Below are positions 50,817 to 51,010 of a stretch of DNA of 51,010 nt, one piece after another; positions within the stretch are counted from its first letter, which is position 1; every line of letters begins with the position of its first letter. A program made the position numbers and the translations under genes. The notes under the pieces are model-generated. The model had not been told where the DNA came from. It searched no databases and saw only the letters and a list, made by a program, of their open reading frames with translations. Source of the stretch: Actinomycetota bacterium (GTDB taxonomy: Bacteria; Actinomycetota; Humimicrobiia; Humimicrobiales; Humimicrobiaceae); the NCBI GenBank assembly GCA_026392215.1, contig JAPLCN010000144.1, positions 1 to 51,010 of the forward strand, in the 5' to 3' direction.

Positions 50817-51010
50817 AACACTTTAAAGTTTAAAGAATAACTTTTGATTAGAGTTTAAATATGCCTGTGGCTTATTTAAACAAAGGGATTCGAAAGGACG
50901 GAGTGAAGCGAAGCGTAATGAGTCCGCGTCTCTGCAGCGAACGATAGTGAGACGAAAGAACGAATCCCTCCAGGCGTGCCAAACACTTTAAAGTTTAAAG
51001 AATAACTTTT
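50796..51010 (+). repeat. tRNA-linked repeat at tRNA-Arg(TCG) (165-bp period; runs off the window edge)
   Basis: CGAATCCCTCCAGGCGTGCCAAACACTTTAAAGTTTAAAGAATAACTTTT at 50796 and 50961, separated by the hairpin, antisense arm and core. Confidence 0.9.

Noticed and set aside
47863-50960. Hammerhead-like look of the repeat core (GAGTCC...GACGAAA)
   Set aside because: The CUGANGA catalytic box is not conserved ahead of the stem in the four copies.

Overview
Low-GC bacterial chromosome segment. The gene order (manB-pgi/pmi-ahcY ... comF-hpf-secA-prfB-ftsEX-M23-S41-smpB-ssrA; murI-rph-rdgB) resembles deep-branching Actinomycetota; that is inferred from synteny only. From left to right it contains: a surface-polysaccharide locus (GT2/GT4 glycosyltransferases and a complete GDP-mannose to GDP-D-rhamnose-type pathway) interrupted by a LipS1/LipS2-type lipoate assembly cluster and a coding-less IS200/IS605-ended element; a housekeeping block including prfB with its +1 frameshift; tmRNA followed by a ~10 kb accessory region; murI-rph-rdgB; and five tRNA genes. 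Two things are not explained by ordinary annotation. (1) A repeat family downstream of three different tRNAs regenerates each host tRNA 3' end and carries an antisense arm that co-varies with that tRNA's T-arm. (2) An array of start-less 81-bp 'C-terminal tail' repeats (W-L-x4-N-V-R...E-D-x-F-I-P-E-L-S-F-stop, varying mostly at synonymous sites) punctuates cargo genes in the tmRNA island and looks like recombinase att scars. All product calls come from motif recognition, not database searches.
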